Assembly (NCBI GenBank): GCA_017468385.1
Contig: JAFUIQ010000001.1
Span: forward strand, 7,335-71,334
DNA length: 64,000 nt
Direction: 5' to 3'
From: Clostridia bacterium
GTDB lineage: Bacteria; Bacillota; Clostridia; Oscillospirales; CAG-272
This document shows positions 8,233 to 17,363 of this stretch, in pieces. A program made the translations under genes and the position numbers. Each line of letters starts with the position of its first letter. The stretch's first letter is position 1. Below the pieces are notes generated by a model. That model saw only the letters and a list, made by a program, of their open reading frames with translations, was not told the DNA's origin and did no database searches.

Positions 8233-8892
8233 ATGGCACTTCTGGAAATTAAGCATATTCGTAAAGAGTTTGTCAGCGGCACAAGAACGGTGCAGGCGTT
8301 GAAGGATATAACCCTAACCATTGAAAAAGGCGAGATGGTAGCCATAACCGGCCCATCCGGTGCGGGCAAAAGCACCCTTCTGCAGATCTGTGCGGGCCTG
8401 ATGCGCCCGACAAAGGGAAATATTTGTCTGGACGGCAAGGATCTGTATGCCCTGAACGACGACAAGTTGGCGGAATTCCGCCGCAATCATATCAGTTATA
8501 TCCTTCAGCATTTCAATCTGCTGCCCATGCTGACGGCCCATGAAAATATTGCGATTCCCTCCCTTCTTAACGATGTGAAGCCTGACGAAACAGTCCTGCG
8601 CGAAATTACCGATACGCTGGGAATTACCGAACGACTGGAACATTTCCCGGCAGAACTGTCCGGTGGTGAGCAGCAGCGGGTTGGCATTGCACGATCGCTG
8701 ATCAATAATCCTGCGTGCATTTTCGCCGATGAGCCCACCGGCAATCTGGACGGCGGCACGACGAAGGACGTCATGGACCTCTTTTGCCGATTGAACGAGG
8801 CTGGGAAAACTATTGTGATTGTCACGCACGATCCGGAGGTAGCGCGATACTGCCACCGCGAGATCACGATCGTGGACGGGATGATCCGATAA
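8233..8892 (+). CDS. ABC transporter ATP-binding protein (MacB/LolD-like)
   Basis: Walker A GPSGAGKST, Q-loop, signature LSGGEQQRV, Walker B IFADEPTGNLD, H-loop VTHD. Confidence 0.9.
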   Translation: MALLEIKHIRKEFVSGTRTVQALKDITLTIEKGEMVAITGPSGAGKSTLLQICAGLMRPTKGNICLDGKDLYALNDDKLAEFRRNHISYILQHFNLLPMLTAHENIAIPSLLNDVKPDETVLREITDTLGITERLEHFPAELSGGEQQRVGIARSLINNPACIFADEPTGNLDGGTTKDVMDLFCRLNEAGKTIVIVTHDPEVARYCHREITIVDGMIR

Positions 8893-9019
8893 AGCTCTAC
8901 GAAATATATAAAAAACCCGTGATTTCGCACTCAATCGCACGGGAGGGATTGATTCTGCCGGACAGTTTTGATATAATAATAGGAGTGTAAATCAGAAACT
9001 GTAGAAATCGGGATGGATT

Positions 9020-9949
9020 ATGCAATATATCGTTCTGGATCTTGAATGGAATCAGGCCCTGTCCGGCAAGCCCTACCGTCGGGATGATCTGACGCTGGCG
9101 GGGGAAATTATACAAATCGGTGCCGTTCTTCTCGGCGAGGATCTGTCCGTTATAGACACGCTTCGTCTGCGTGTGGCACCCAAGTATTATAAAAAGATGC
9201 ACTGGAGCGTGAAGAAGCTGACCGGCATCAGCACCCAGAGTTTGTCGGAGGGGCTTTCCTTCCCCGATGCCTTTGAGCAGCTCAGCGCGTTCTGCGGCGA
9301 GGATTACGCATTTCTCACCTGGGGACCGGATGATTTGCCTATGCTCCGCTCCAATCTTTCCTTGCACCGCATCCAGTACACCGAGCCGATTCCCTGGTTC
9401 GATCTGCAGAAGATCTACGCTAAGATCGTCCACGGCGAGAAACGACAGTATTCCCTCTCCGATGCGCTGGCGCATTTCTCGATCACGGATACTTTCCCGC
9501 CCCACGATGCACTGAACGATGCCCTCAACACCGCCAAATTGTGTCCGCACCTTAGTCTGGAATCCTCCATTGAGAATTACGACAATCTGTTTGTCACCTA
9601 CGAACTGCCGCAGACAGACGGCGGTGAGGTCTTGCACTACGACACCTATGATGCCCTGGTACAGGACAACAAAATCCCCGCCTGCACTTGCCCGCAGTGC
9701 GAAAAGCCGCTGACCTTCGGCAAATGGGTGCGCCGCTCCCCCCGGCGGAGACTGTCCTTGGCCAAGTGCTCCTGCGGCGGACAGTATCTTCTGAAGATCC
9801 GCTGGATGGAGGATGAAACCACCGGCGTACACGCGATCCGTTCCCTGCTCCCGGCAACGGAAGCACAGATCGCCGCCTACACCCGTGCGCTCAAAAACCG
9901 GCACAGAAGCCGCAAAAGCGGTGCTAAATCCAGAAATACGACGGTTTGA
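9020..9949 (+). CDS. DEDDh 3'-5' exonuclease domain protein (KapD/ERI-1-like) with C-terminal Cys4 region
   Basis: MQYIVLDLEWNQ (Exo I DxE), ..EIIQIGAVLL.., ..FLTWGPDDLPML (Exo II), ..HDALNDALNTAKL (Exo III, H-x4-D). The C-terminus has CTCPQC..CSCG. Confidence 0.8.
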   Translation: MQYIVLDLEWNQALSGKPYRRDDLTLAGEIIQIGAVLLGEDLSVIDTLRLRVAPKYYKKMHWSVKKLTGISTQSLSEGLSFPDAFEQLSAFCGEDYAFLTWGPDDLPMLRSNLSLHRIQYTEPIPWFDLQKIYAKIVHGEKRQYSLSDALAHFSITDTFPPHDALNDALNTAKLCPHLSLESSIENYDNLFVTYELPQTDGGEVLHYDTYDALVQDNKIPACTCPQCEKPLTFGKWVRRSPRRRLSLAKCSCGGQYLLKIRWMEDETTGVHAIRSLLPATEAQIAAYTRALKNRHRSRKSGAKSRNTTV

Positions 9950-9963
9950 CCGAAATAGAGTTT

Positions 9964-9995
9964 AAAAATCCTTCCCCGGCGGGGAAGGATTTTTT
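9964..9995. terminator. Bidirectional terminator between the convergent exonuclease and MutS-like genes
   Basis: AAAAATCCTTCCCC-ggc-GGGGAAGGATTTTT. Confidence 0.65.
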
Positions 9996-10030
9996 CGCGA
10001 AAGGCAAGGTTGCGTCTGCATAGGGGATTC

Positions 10031-11539
10031 TTAATCCTTCAGCAAACCGTACTTTTTTGCAATGTTCTGTGCATAACTGTTTTTCTCGGCTTTTCCTTGC
10101 CGAATCGCATAGGATCTGCGCTCCCCCTGAGATTCCGTGTGAAGATACCCTACCTGCTCACCACATTCCCGGATTTTCGGCTGGTTTTCGCTAAGTTCGT
10201 GGTAATGGGTAATAAAAACACATTTCCCGCCCAATCGGCACAGCTCATAGATAAAGTTGGCAGCAATCGGAACGGCTTCCGCCGCCGCAGTGGAGGTAAA
10301 TGCCTCATCGATCAGCGCCAGACTGTTCGGGGTAAACTTCTTTAACACCTCGGACAGCGAAATACATTCTTTCTCAAACCGACCGACCAGATCCGCATTT
10401 GCCTGCTCCTCAACGGATATTTTATATATGGCATCGCAAATGGGTAAAGAGGCGGATTTGGCCGGAATGGGCATCCCCAACTGAAAATAGTATTGGGCGG
10501 CAGCAAGAGAGTTTAGGAAAACCGTTTTTCCGCCGCTGTTCGGTCCACTCAAAATATAGCAATGGACGGAATCATCCAGATGCACGGTATTGGGTACAAT
10601 ACCTTTTTTGTCCATATCCCGAGAGAGACCACTATCATAGAGAGATTCGACAAAGAATGAGCGGTCATTGCTCACCTGGGGAAAACACAAGGGGATCTTC
10701 TTGTCCCGGAAAATCTGTATCCGTCGGATCGCTTCGACCACAAAAGTCAGTGAATCAAGCCATGCAAAATACGCAGCCAGTCTCTCCTTAACATATTTTA
10801 GCAGACGATTACTGCAGTGATGCAGGCCGCTGTCCAGCACCCGTCCCATGGCCTTCAGTAAAGCATAGTTTATCTGCTGGCTTTCCCGATAGCCGAGTTT
10901 CTTATCGATCACCGTAAGCGGAGCCAGACAATGGAAATCGTCTTTTTCAAAATCCAGTTTGATGATCCGGTCAAGCAAATCCCCCGAGCGGAACGTCTTC
11001 TCATGCAGAGAGACGATTCCCGCCTCCGTCGGACGATACAGCGCGTCCAGGTTGACACCGATTGTCACACTTTTTATCCGGCGCAATGTATGAAGATTCG
11101 CTTCATAATAGCGCACAAGACGGCGGTACTCGACGGATTCCATATCCCGCTTGGCAAGATCATATAGATGCTTCAGCGAATCGGACGTGACAGCCTCTGT
11201 CATCGGCGACAGAGAGTCACAAATAAATTGAACCAGTTCTATGTAAACGGTCGGATATAATACATTGTGTATTCTTTCCTCGTTGTTGTCGGCCTGCGGT
11301 GAATACTGCATAAGGGGCGCATACTCGGTCAATTTTCCATGAAGTGATACCAAAAAATCCGACAAACCGCTGATTTTCAGTATATCAGAAAACAGGCATT
11401 GTCGGTACAGCAGTGTCTTTTCATCCGTGCTGATATACTTTTTGGCTTGATTCAAAAAGCGATCTTTGGATACGATCTCCCGACGGGGATCAAAGTCGAT
11501 GACAAAAGGATCGCTTTCACTCAGATACAGGAAATCCAT
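10031..11539 (-). CDS. MutS-related ATPase (MutS domain V only; no mismatch-binding or Smr domain seen)
   Basis: C-terminal ..YILSGPNSGGKTVFLNSLAAAQYYFQLGMPIPA..LIDEAFTSTAAAEAVPIA..CVFITHYHEL is the MutS domain V Walker A, Walker B and TH motif set. The start is set at MDFLYLSESD (ATG at 11539), which has TTGGAGGTATT directly upstream. Confidence 0.75.
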   Translation of the reverse strand: MDFLYLSESDPFVIDFDPRREIVSKDRFLNQAKKYISTDEKTLLYRQCLFSDILKISGLSDFLVSLHGKLTEYAPLMQYSPQADNNEERIHNVLYPTVYIELVQFICDSLSPMTEAVTSDSLKHLYDLAKRDMESVEYRRLVRYYEANLHTLRRIKSVTIGVNLDALYRPTEAGIVSLHEKTFRSGDLLDRIIKLDFEKDDFHCLAPLTVIDKKLGYRESQQINYALLKAMGRVLDSGLHHCSNRLLKYVKERLAAYFAWLDSLTFVVEAIRRIQIFRDKKIPLCFPQVSNDRSFFVESLYDSGLSRDMDKKGIVPNTVHLDDSVHCYILSGPNSGGKTVFLNSLAAAQYYFQLGMPIPAKSASLPICDAIYKISVEEQANADLVGRFEKECISLSEVLKKFTPNSLALIDEAFTSTAAAEAVPIAANFIYELCRLGGKCVFITHYHELSENQPKIRECGEQVGYLHTESQGERRSYAIRQGKAEKNSYAQNIAKKYGLLKD

Positions 11540-11880
11540 AATACCTCCAAAATCATGGGAATCGGGATGGATACAATTTTTATTAGTAAAAGAATCAAGG
11601 CATGAAAGAAAACGTATGCTCTGCGGGAGATCCCGCACGCACACCAAACAGGAGAAAACAAAGCAATGAAAACACAAAGTAAAACCAAGCAGGGGAATCC
11701 GACCATAGCGAAAAATACAGGGCTGGGAACAGAAAACAAGCCCAACAAGAACAACCATAAAGGGATCATCGGCCGAATCAGCAGGCGCTTCGATATGAGA
11801 ATCGAATAGGTAATTCCGCGGGAAAGGAACTCGGTGTATTCGTAATAATCCTTGCCATACAGGCTCATATGGTTTTTCAT
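11521..11880 (-). CDS. Putative small 3-TM membrane protein overlapping the MutS-like start by 19 nt
   Basis: MKNHMSLYGKDYYEYTEFLSRGITYSILISKRLLIRPMIPLWLFLLGLFSVPSPVFFAMVGFPCLVLLCVFIALFSPVWCACGISRRAYVFFHALILLLIKIVSIPIPMILEVLWISCI. Three hydrophobic spans with basic residues between them. No family recognised, and the start is uncertain. Confidence 0.4.
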   Translation of the reverse strand: MKNHMSLYGKDYYEYTEFLSRGITYSILISKRLLIRPMIPLWLFLLGLFSVPSPVFFAMVGFPCLVLLCVFIALFSPVWCACGISRRAYVFFHALILLLIKIVSIPIPMILEVLWISCI

Positions 11881-12042
11881 ACGCGAACAAGCAACGCATG
11901 CCGCATTATTATCGATAAAAACAGACGCATACAATCTCCTTGATCAAATATCCGATCTATAACTATATTATAACACGCACGCCGGCACAAACAATATCCG
12001 CAAAGTTGTTCGAAATTCAACCGGAAATAGAGTCCCGCCATC

Positions 12043-12074
12043 AAAAAACGCCATCAAGTTCCCATTGATGGCGT
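12043..12074 (-). terminator. Terminator after the GerA-family gene
   Basis: ACGCCATCAA-(7 nt)-TTGATGGCGT with a T-run on the minus strand (AAAAAA at 12043-12048 on the plus strand). Confidence 0.6.
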
Positions 12075-12083
12075 TTATCTATT

Positions 12084-13511
12084 TTAATCGTGTTTTTTTA
12101 CGCGGAGTAACAGGCGCATCAGTGCTTTCCCATTAAAGGGAATCAGCGGATAGAGGTAATTCCGCTTGCCGTTGACGGTGACGTTGGAGGCAATGAGAAC
12201 AAAGACGAGAATCCATCCGGCGGCGTATCCCCAGACATTGAACAGTGCTGTCAGAATAAGCAGAAGCATGCGCATATATTTGAAAGCGTACCCCAGCTCA
12301 TAGCTGGACTGGGTAAAGTTGGAGATGCCCACAAAGGCCATATAGAGGATCACGTCCGGGGACAGCCACCCCACCGTGACGGCAAAATCCCCCAGCAGCA
12401 GTCCACCCACCACCGACAGCGAATTGGACAGAATATTGGGCGTGTTCAGCGATGCCAGTTTCAATCCGTCCAAGGCAAATTCCGTCAGGAACAACTGCAC
12501 GAGAATGGGCAAAGCCCCCGGATTCTGCGGTACGATCATGGACAACCCCGGCGGAATCCAGGCGGGATTTTTCAGAAGCAGATACCAGGTAGGCGTCAGT
12601 GCCACGGTCAGCCAGAACACCACATGCCGCAGAATCCGCAGATAGGATCCCGTCAGCGGCGGAAAATAGAAATCGTCCGTTTCCTGCAGAAAATCGAAGA
12701 ACGTGGTGGGAAAGATCATCGCCTCCGGACTGTTATCGCACAAAAGGATCACATTTCCCTCCAGAATGGAGGCGGCCGCCGCGTCGGGGCGTTCCGTCAT
12801 GCGGATTTTGGGAAACGGATTGTACCATTTCGTCCGTATCAGGCTTTCCGCCACGCTCTGATGCCCCAGCACCAGCGAACTCGTTTTCAGATTGCGGATC
12901 TTGTCTCCCAATTCCTTGACATACTCCCTGTCCGCTTTATCCGCCATATACACCAGTGCCATATCCGTACGGGAGCTGCTTCCCGCATTGATATATTCCA
13001 CGGTTAGGGATGTGTCCCGGATGCGGCGGCGGATCATGGCCGTATTGAAGATCAACGTCTCCACAAATCCGTCCCGGCTGCCCCGCATAACGCGATCGTT
13101 TTCCGGCTCGCTGGCTTCTCTCGCGGGATAGGTACGCAGATCGATGACGATGGCGTTGGGGCCGAATCCATCGCACAGAAGCACACTGCACCCGGACATG
13201 GTCATAAGGATCAGCGTATCCACGGAATCCGTGACCTCCACCTCGATGGTGGGCACGTTGGTTTCGGCAAATTTCTGCGCCGCGTCGGCACTGCCGTCCC
13301 CAAAATCCTTGACGGTGACCAGGTACATCATCAACTTTTGCATGCTGGCCGTCTGGGTAAATCCGTCGATGTAGTACATGACCATGCGGGTATTGCCCAC
13401 CCGCATGGGGCGGCGGATCAAATCAAAACTCTTGTCCACCCGCAAAAGTCGGTCCATCATGAGCACATTGTCATCGTAGGACGATGTGAGTTTCTGATTG
13501 AAAATTTGCAA
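12084..13511 (-). CDS. GerA-family spore germination protein (GerAA/SpoVAF-like)
   Basis: ..DKSFDLIRRPMRVGNTRMVMYYIDGFTQ..EPENDRVMRGSRDGFVETLIFNTAMIRRRIRD..ERPDAAAASILEGNVILLCDNSPEAMIFPTTFFDFLQETDDFY.. plus C-terminal TM helices. TTG start with GGGAG 8 nt upstream. No gerAB or gerAC partners are adjacent, so it could be SpoVAF-like. Confidence 0.8.
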   Translation of the reverse strand: MQIFNQKLTSSYDDNVLMMDRLLRVDKSFDLIRRPMRVGNTRMVMYYIDGFTQTASMQKLMMYLVTVKDFGDGSADAAQKFAETNVPTIEVEVTDSVDTLILMTMSGCSVLLCDGFGPNAIVIDLRTYPAREASEPENDRVMRGSRDGFVETLIFNTAMIRRRIRDTSLTVEYINAGSSSRTDMALVYMADKADREYVKELGDKIRNLKTSSLVLGHQSVAESLIRTKWYNPFPKIRMTERPDAAAASILEGNVILLCDNSPEAMIFPTTFFDFLQETDDFYFPPLTGSYLRILRHVVFWLTVALTPTWYLLLKNPAWIPPGLSMIVPQNPGALPILVQLFLTEFALDGLKLASLNTPNILSNSLSVVGGLLLGDFAVTVGWLSPDVILYMAFVGISNFTQSSYELGYAFKYMRMLLLILTALFNVWGYAAGWILVFVLIASNVTVNGKRNYLYPLIPFNGKALMRLLLRVKKHD

Positions 13512-13572
13512 AAAATCAGCTCCCGTCTGTTTTCATACTATAAAAAGTATGAGCCGGGAGCTGTCATTTTAT

Positions 13573-14694
13573 TCAGTTTTTCGGCTTGAAGAATTGATAG
13601 AACAGGCACGGCAGCATGCCGTTGTACAGTTTGCGGACTTTATCCGCACGGCGGCCGTACAGCCGCTCAAATTCTTCGTTGGGGGTCAGGATATAGATCT
13701 GCCACCGTCCCAGACGGGAAAAGGCCCGTCCCATATCCCGGTACAACTGCACCGCCTCCTCCTGGGTCATCAGCCGCTCGCCGTAAGGCGGATTGGTAAC
13801 GATCGTGCCGCGGCGTCCGTCTGCGGTAATATCCAGCGCATTGGCCTGAGAGCAATGGACGTGGCCCTCCACCCCGGCGCGCTTGGCGGATTCCGTGGCG
13901 ATACGGACACACTCGGGATCGATATCCGAGGCATGCACCTCAAAGGTGCTGTCCCGCAGGATACGGTCGCGGGCTTCCTCACGGGCAGATTGCCACAGTA
14001 AGGTGTCAAAGGCGGGAAAACTCTCCGCGGCAAAGGTACGGGAGATGCCCGGTGCTATGCGGAGCATCTGCATGGCGGCTTCGATGGCGATGGTGCCCGA
14101 TCCGCAGAAGGGATCACAAAACAGCACATCCTCCCTTGGGCGGGAGAAGGCGGCCAGCGCCGCGGCCAGTGTTTCTCTCAACGGTGCCGCTACGGTTTCG
14201 GGGCGGTATCCCCGCTTATGGAGCGGCACGCCGGAGGTATCGATCATCAGCGAAGCGGAATCCTTCAGGATGAAGAACTCCACCTGGTATTTGATGCCCG
14301 TTTCCGGCATCTGCGTCATTCCATAGGCATTGCCCAGTCGCTTGGCGATGGCTTTTTTGACGATCTTCTGGCAATCGGGGATGGAATATAGAGCGCTTTT
14401 GATGGCATGGCCTTTAACGGGAAACGCATCCACTCGGCCAATATACTCTTCCCAGGGCAAGTCGATGGTGCCGTCAAACAACTCCTCGAAGGAGGATGCG
14501 TGGAAGGTCCCCAGATTGATATATACCCGCTCCGCATAGCGCAGGCCGATATTGGCGCGGGCGCACGCCGCCGCATCTCCCTCAAAGGTGACACGGCCGT
14601 CGATGGTGGACAGACGTTTATATCCCAGCGCGTCTATTTCCGCACCCAGCAGTGCTTCCAGGCCAAACAAACAAGTGGCTGTATAGGTAATCAT
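13573..14694 (-). CDS. THUMP-domain class I SAM-dependent RNA methyltransferase (RlmL/YpsC-like)
   Basis: MITYTATCLFGLEALLGAEI.. (N-terminal ferredoxin-like/THUMP region), DPFCGSGTIAIEAA (SAM motif I), NPPYGERL (motif IV). Confidence 0.85.
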   Translation of the reverse strand: MITYTATCLFGLEALLGAEIDALGYKRLSTIDGRVTFEGDAAACARANIGLRYAERVYINLGTFHASSFEELFDGTIDLPWEEYIGRVDAFPVKGHAIKSALYSIPDCQKIVKKAIAKRLGNAYGMTQMPETGIKYQVEFFILKDSASLMIDTSGVPLHKRGYRPETVAAPLRETLAAALAAFSRPREDVLFCDPFCGSGTIAIEAAMQMLRIAPGISRTFAAESFPAFDTLLWQSAREEARDRILRDSTFEVHASDIDPECVRIATESAKRAGVEGHVHCSQANALDITADGRRGTIVTNPPYGERLMTQEEAVQLYRDMGRAFSRLGRWQIYILTPNEEFERLYGRRADKVRKLYNGMLPCLFYQFFKPKN

Positions 14695-16232
14695 ACGGTC
14701 ATTCCCTTTCCGGATTCTTTTGCATTGCGATCGGTCAGATTCTTCCGCTTATCCAGGGGGAATCCGGACGGCTTGGGCAAAGTGAAGGTGAAGCGGCACC
14801 ATTTGCCGTACTCACTCTCCGCCCAGATCTTCTCGCCGTGGGCTTCGATGATGGCACGGGAAATATACATTCCCAGTCCCACGCCGGTCTTGTCCAGCCC
14901 CCGGCTCTTATCGCTCTTATAAAACCGATCAAATATCCGCGGCACATCTTCCGCGGGGATCCCCACGCCTTCATCGTACACACTGACATGGATTCGTTTG
15001 TCCTTCTCCGCAATGCGGATCTCGTATTTGCCGCACGCATAGGAGAACTTGATGGCGTTATCACAGATATTGTACAGCACCTGATGGATCGCATCCCGAT
15101 CCGCCAGCACGTCCATGCGATCGCTGTCGCACTCGAAGGAAACGTCCAGTTTTTTGGCATCGATCTTCTGCTCAAAGGAAATCAGCACCTGTCGGGACAA
15201 CTCACAGATGTCAAACTCCGCCATGGTGAATTTCCGCTCACCCGCCTGCATACGGGAAATATCCAAAAGCGCGGATACGAGGCGGGACAGACGCCGCACC
15301 TCCTCCGAGACCACACCCAGGTAATACTCCTGCTTCTCGGGAGGGATGGCACCGGACAGGATGCCGTCGATAAATCCCGCGATCGTGGTCATAGGGGTAC
15401 GCAGATCGTGGGACACGTTGGCAATGAAGGACCGCTGCATCTCGTTGGCAATGGCCAGATTTTCCGCCATGTTATTGAACGCCACCGCCAATTCGGCGAT
15501 TTCATCCGATCCGGTTACGGTGACACGGGCATCGAACTTTCCGTTGGCGAAGGATCTGGCGGCGCGGCTCATGCTTTTCAGCGGGGCCACCATGCGCTCA
15601 GTGATAAAGTACACCGCAATCAGCGCGGCCAGCATGATCCACAAAGTGGACATGAGAACCGTGTTGTCCATGGCCTCCAGCAATTCGTTCATGCCGCCGC
15701 TTTCCGCGGAAGCAATTACCGCACCGATAAAGCGGGAATCCCTGGTATACAGGCCGATTCCGTAGGTGCAATGGCCCCGTTGGAAGAACCCGTCCAGCGT
15801 TCCCGAATCGGACAGGGTTCCGTCGGTGCGCAAGGCCTGCATGACACTGTCCGGGAAGGATGCCTCTGTTTCCGGCACTGCGCCGTCGGGGGACTTTTTC
15901 TGCCCGCTTCCGCCGGTCAGAATAGCGGCGCCCGTTTCATCCACCACCCACAACGCCATATCGTCCACATTGACAGACAATAAATCGATGACGGGCATGA
16001 TACTGTCTTTTTGCGAAATAAGATAGTTATCAAAGCCGGTCTGCTCCGATTCGATATACTGATCCCGCAGGTATACGGACACGGAATAGGCCGCGTCCGC
16101 CATGGAATTCATTTTAGCGTCGATGTTATAGGTGTTGACAAGCGAGGTTAGAATCGTTGTCAGCACCAGAAAACTGGCCAGAAGGATCAGCATAAACAGC
16201 GAAACAAATTTGGTAAAGACACTTCGGAACAT
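14691..16232 (-). CDS. Sensor histidine kinase (TM - extracytoplasmic domain - TM - HAMP - HisKA - HATPase)
   Basis: H-box SHDLRTPMTTI, N-box NAIKFS, G1 DEGVGIP, G2 GVGLGMYISR. GGAGG SD before the ATG at 16232. The ATGA stop/start overlap links it to the methyltransferase gene. Confidence 0.85.
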   Translation of the reverse strand: MFRSVFTKFVSLFMLILLASFLVLTTILTSLVNTYNIDAKMNSMADAAYSVSVYLRDQYIESEQTGFDNYLISQKDSIMPVIDLLSVNVDDMALWVVDETGAAILTGGSGQKKSPDGAVPETEASFPDSVMQALRTDGTLSDSGTLDGFFQRGHCTYGIGLYTRDSRFIGAVIASAESGGMNELLEAMDNTVLMSTLWIMLAALIAVYFITERMVAPLKSMSRAARSFANGKFDARVTVTGSDEIAELAVAFNNMAENLAIANEMQRSFIANVSHDLRTPMTTIAGFIDGILSGAIPPEKQEYYLGVVSEEVRRLSRLVSALLDISRMQAGERKFTMAEFDICELSRQVLISFEQKIDAKKLDVSFECDSDRMDVLADRDAIHQVLYNICDNAIKFSYACGKYEIRIAEKDKRIHVSVYDEGVGIPAEDVPRIFDRFYKSDKSRGLDKTGVGLGMYISRAIIEAHGEKIWAESEYGKWCRFTFTLPKPSGFPLDKRKNLTDRNAKESGKGMTV

Positions 16233-16307
16233 ATTCTGCCTCCACGGAAAATCACAAGCAGGGGCGGACTCCGTCACCGGAAGCCGTCCCTGCTTTCCTC
16301 ATTCATT

Positions 16308-16997
16308 TTACTGAAGCAATTCGAACTTATATCCTACGCCCCAGACGGTCTTCAGTGTCCACTTATCGGACACGCCCTCCAGCTTCTCGCGCAGACGCTT
16401 GACGTGTACATCTACGGTGCGGGAGTCGCCCAGATAGTCAAAGCCCCAGACCTTATCCAGCAGCTGATCACGGGTAAATACATGATCGAAATTGGATGCC
16501 AGGAAATACAGAAGCTCCAATTCCTTGGGGGGGATATCCACCGGCTTGCCGCGCAGTCTGAGCTCGTACTTCTGACGGCTGATCTCGATATTGTCAAACT
16601 TAATGACTTCGTCATCGTTCTGATTCATATGGGCAGAATAGCGGCGAAGAACCGCTTTCACGCGGGCAGACAGTTCCTTCATATCGAAGGGCTTGACCAC
16701 AAAGTCATCCGCGCCCAGCTCCAGGCCCAGCACCTTATCGAACACCTCACCCTTGGCAGTGATCATGATCACCGGTTTGGAGGACATCTCGCGGATCTCG
16801 CGGCACACGGCCCAACCGTCCTTCTTCGGCAGCATAATGTCCAGAAGAACCAGATCCGGCTCATACATTTTGAAATAGCTGATGCCTTCCACGCCGTCGT
16901 TGGCTGTTTTTACTTCGTAGTTCTCATTTTCAAAATACAACCGCAGTAAGTCGCAGATATTGACATCGTCGTCCACAACAAGAATCTTCGTTCCCAT
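16308..16997 (-). CDS. OmpR-family response regulator
   Basis: MGTKILVVDDDVNICDLLRLYF..DLVLLDIMLPKKDGW..ITAKGE..DDFVVKPF plus winged helix ..TRDQLLDKVWGFDYLGDSRTVDVHVKRLREKL. Confidence 0.9.
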   Translation of the reverse strand: MGTKILVVDDDVNICDLLRLYFENENYEVKTANDGVEGISYFKMYEPDLVLLDIMLPKKDGWAVCREIREMSSKPVIMITAKGEVFDKVLGLELGADDFVVKPFDMKELSARVKAVLRRYSAHMNQNDDEVIKFDNIEISRQKYELRLRGKPVDIPPKELELLYFLASNFDHVFTRDQLLDKVWGFDYLGDSRTVDVHVKRLREKLEGVSDKWTLKTVWGVGYKFELLQ

Positions 16998-17363
16998 AAT
17001 CCGTTTCTCCTTCAAAAGTGATTTATTTGAATATGTATTGATTTTGTAGTTCATACATCAATAGTATACCACCGAAAAAATGAAAAGTAAACACTTTTTT
17101 CCAATCCCAATGAATATTCCCGGGGAAAGGCCCGCCACTTTACGCCATTAGTATACCAATCCAAAGTGACCGTTTTGTGAAATCGGTGTGATTGATGCAT
17201 AAATTCATCATGAAAAAGCGAAAATTTTCCTTTTCCAAAAGCATTTCAATTTATTTGACGTACAATCTCTTGTAAAGTTCGCAGAAATATTGTATAATAG
17301 TATAGATTTTTCGAAGAAACTGCGTTGGAAAGGACTTCCCTTTGGGGAATTTGCAATTACATT

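Noticed and set aside
11540-11899. N-terminal 120 aa extension giving the 622 aa version of the MutS-like ORF.
   Set aside because: The ATG at 11899 has no SD, and the extension has an unusual composition (9 Cys in 120 aa, for example CFHCFVFSCLVCV). The internal ATG at 11539 has a strong GGAGG SD. I kept the possibility of a frameshifted membrane-anchored form in the findings.
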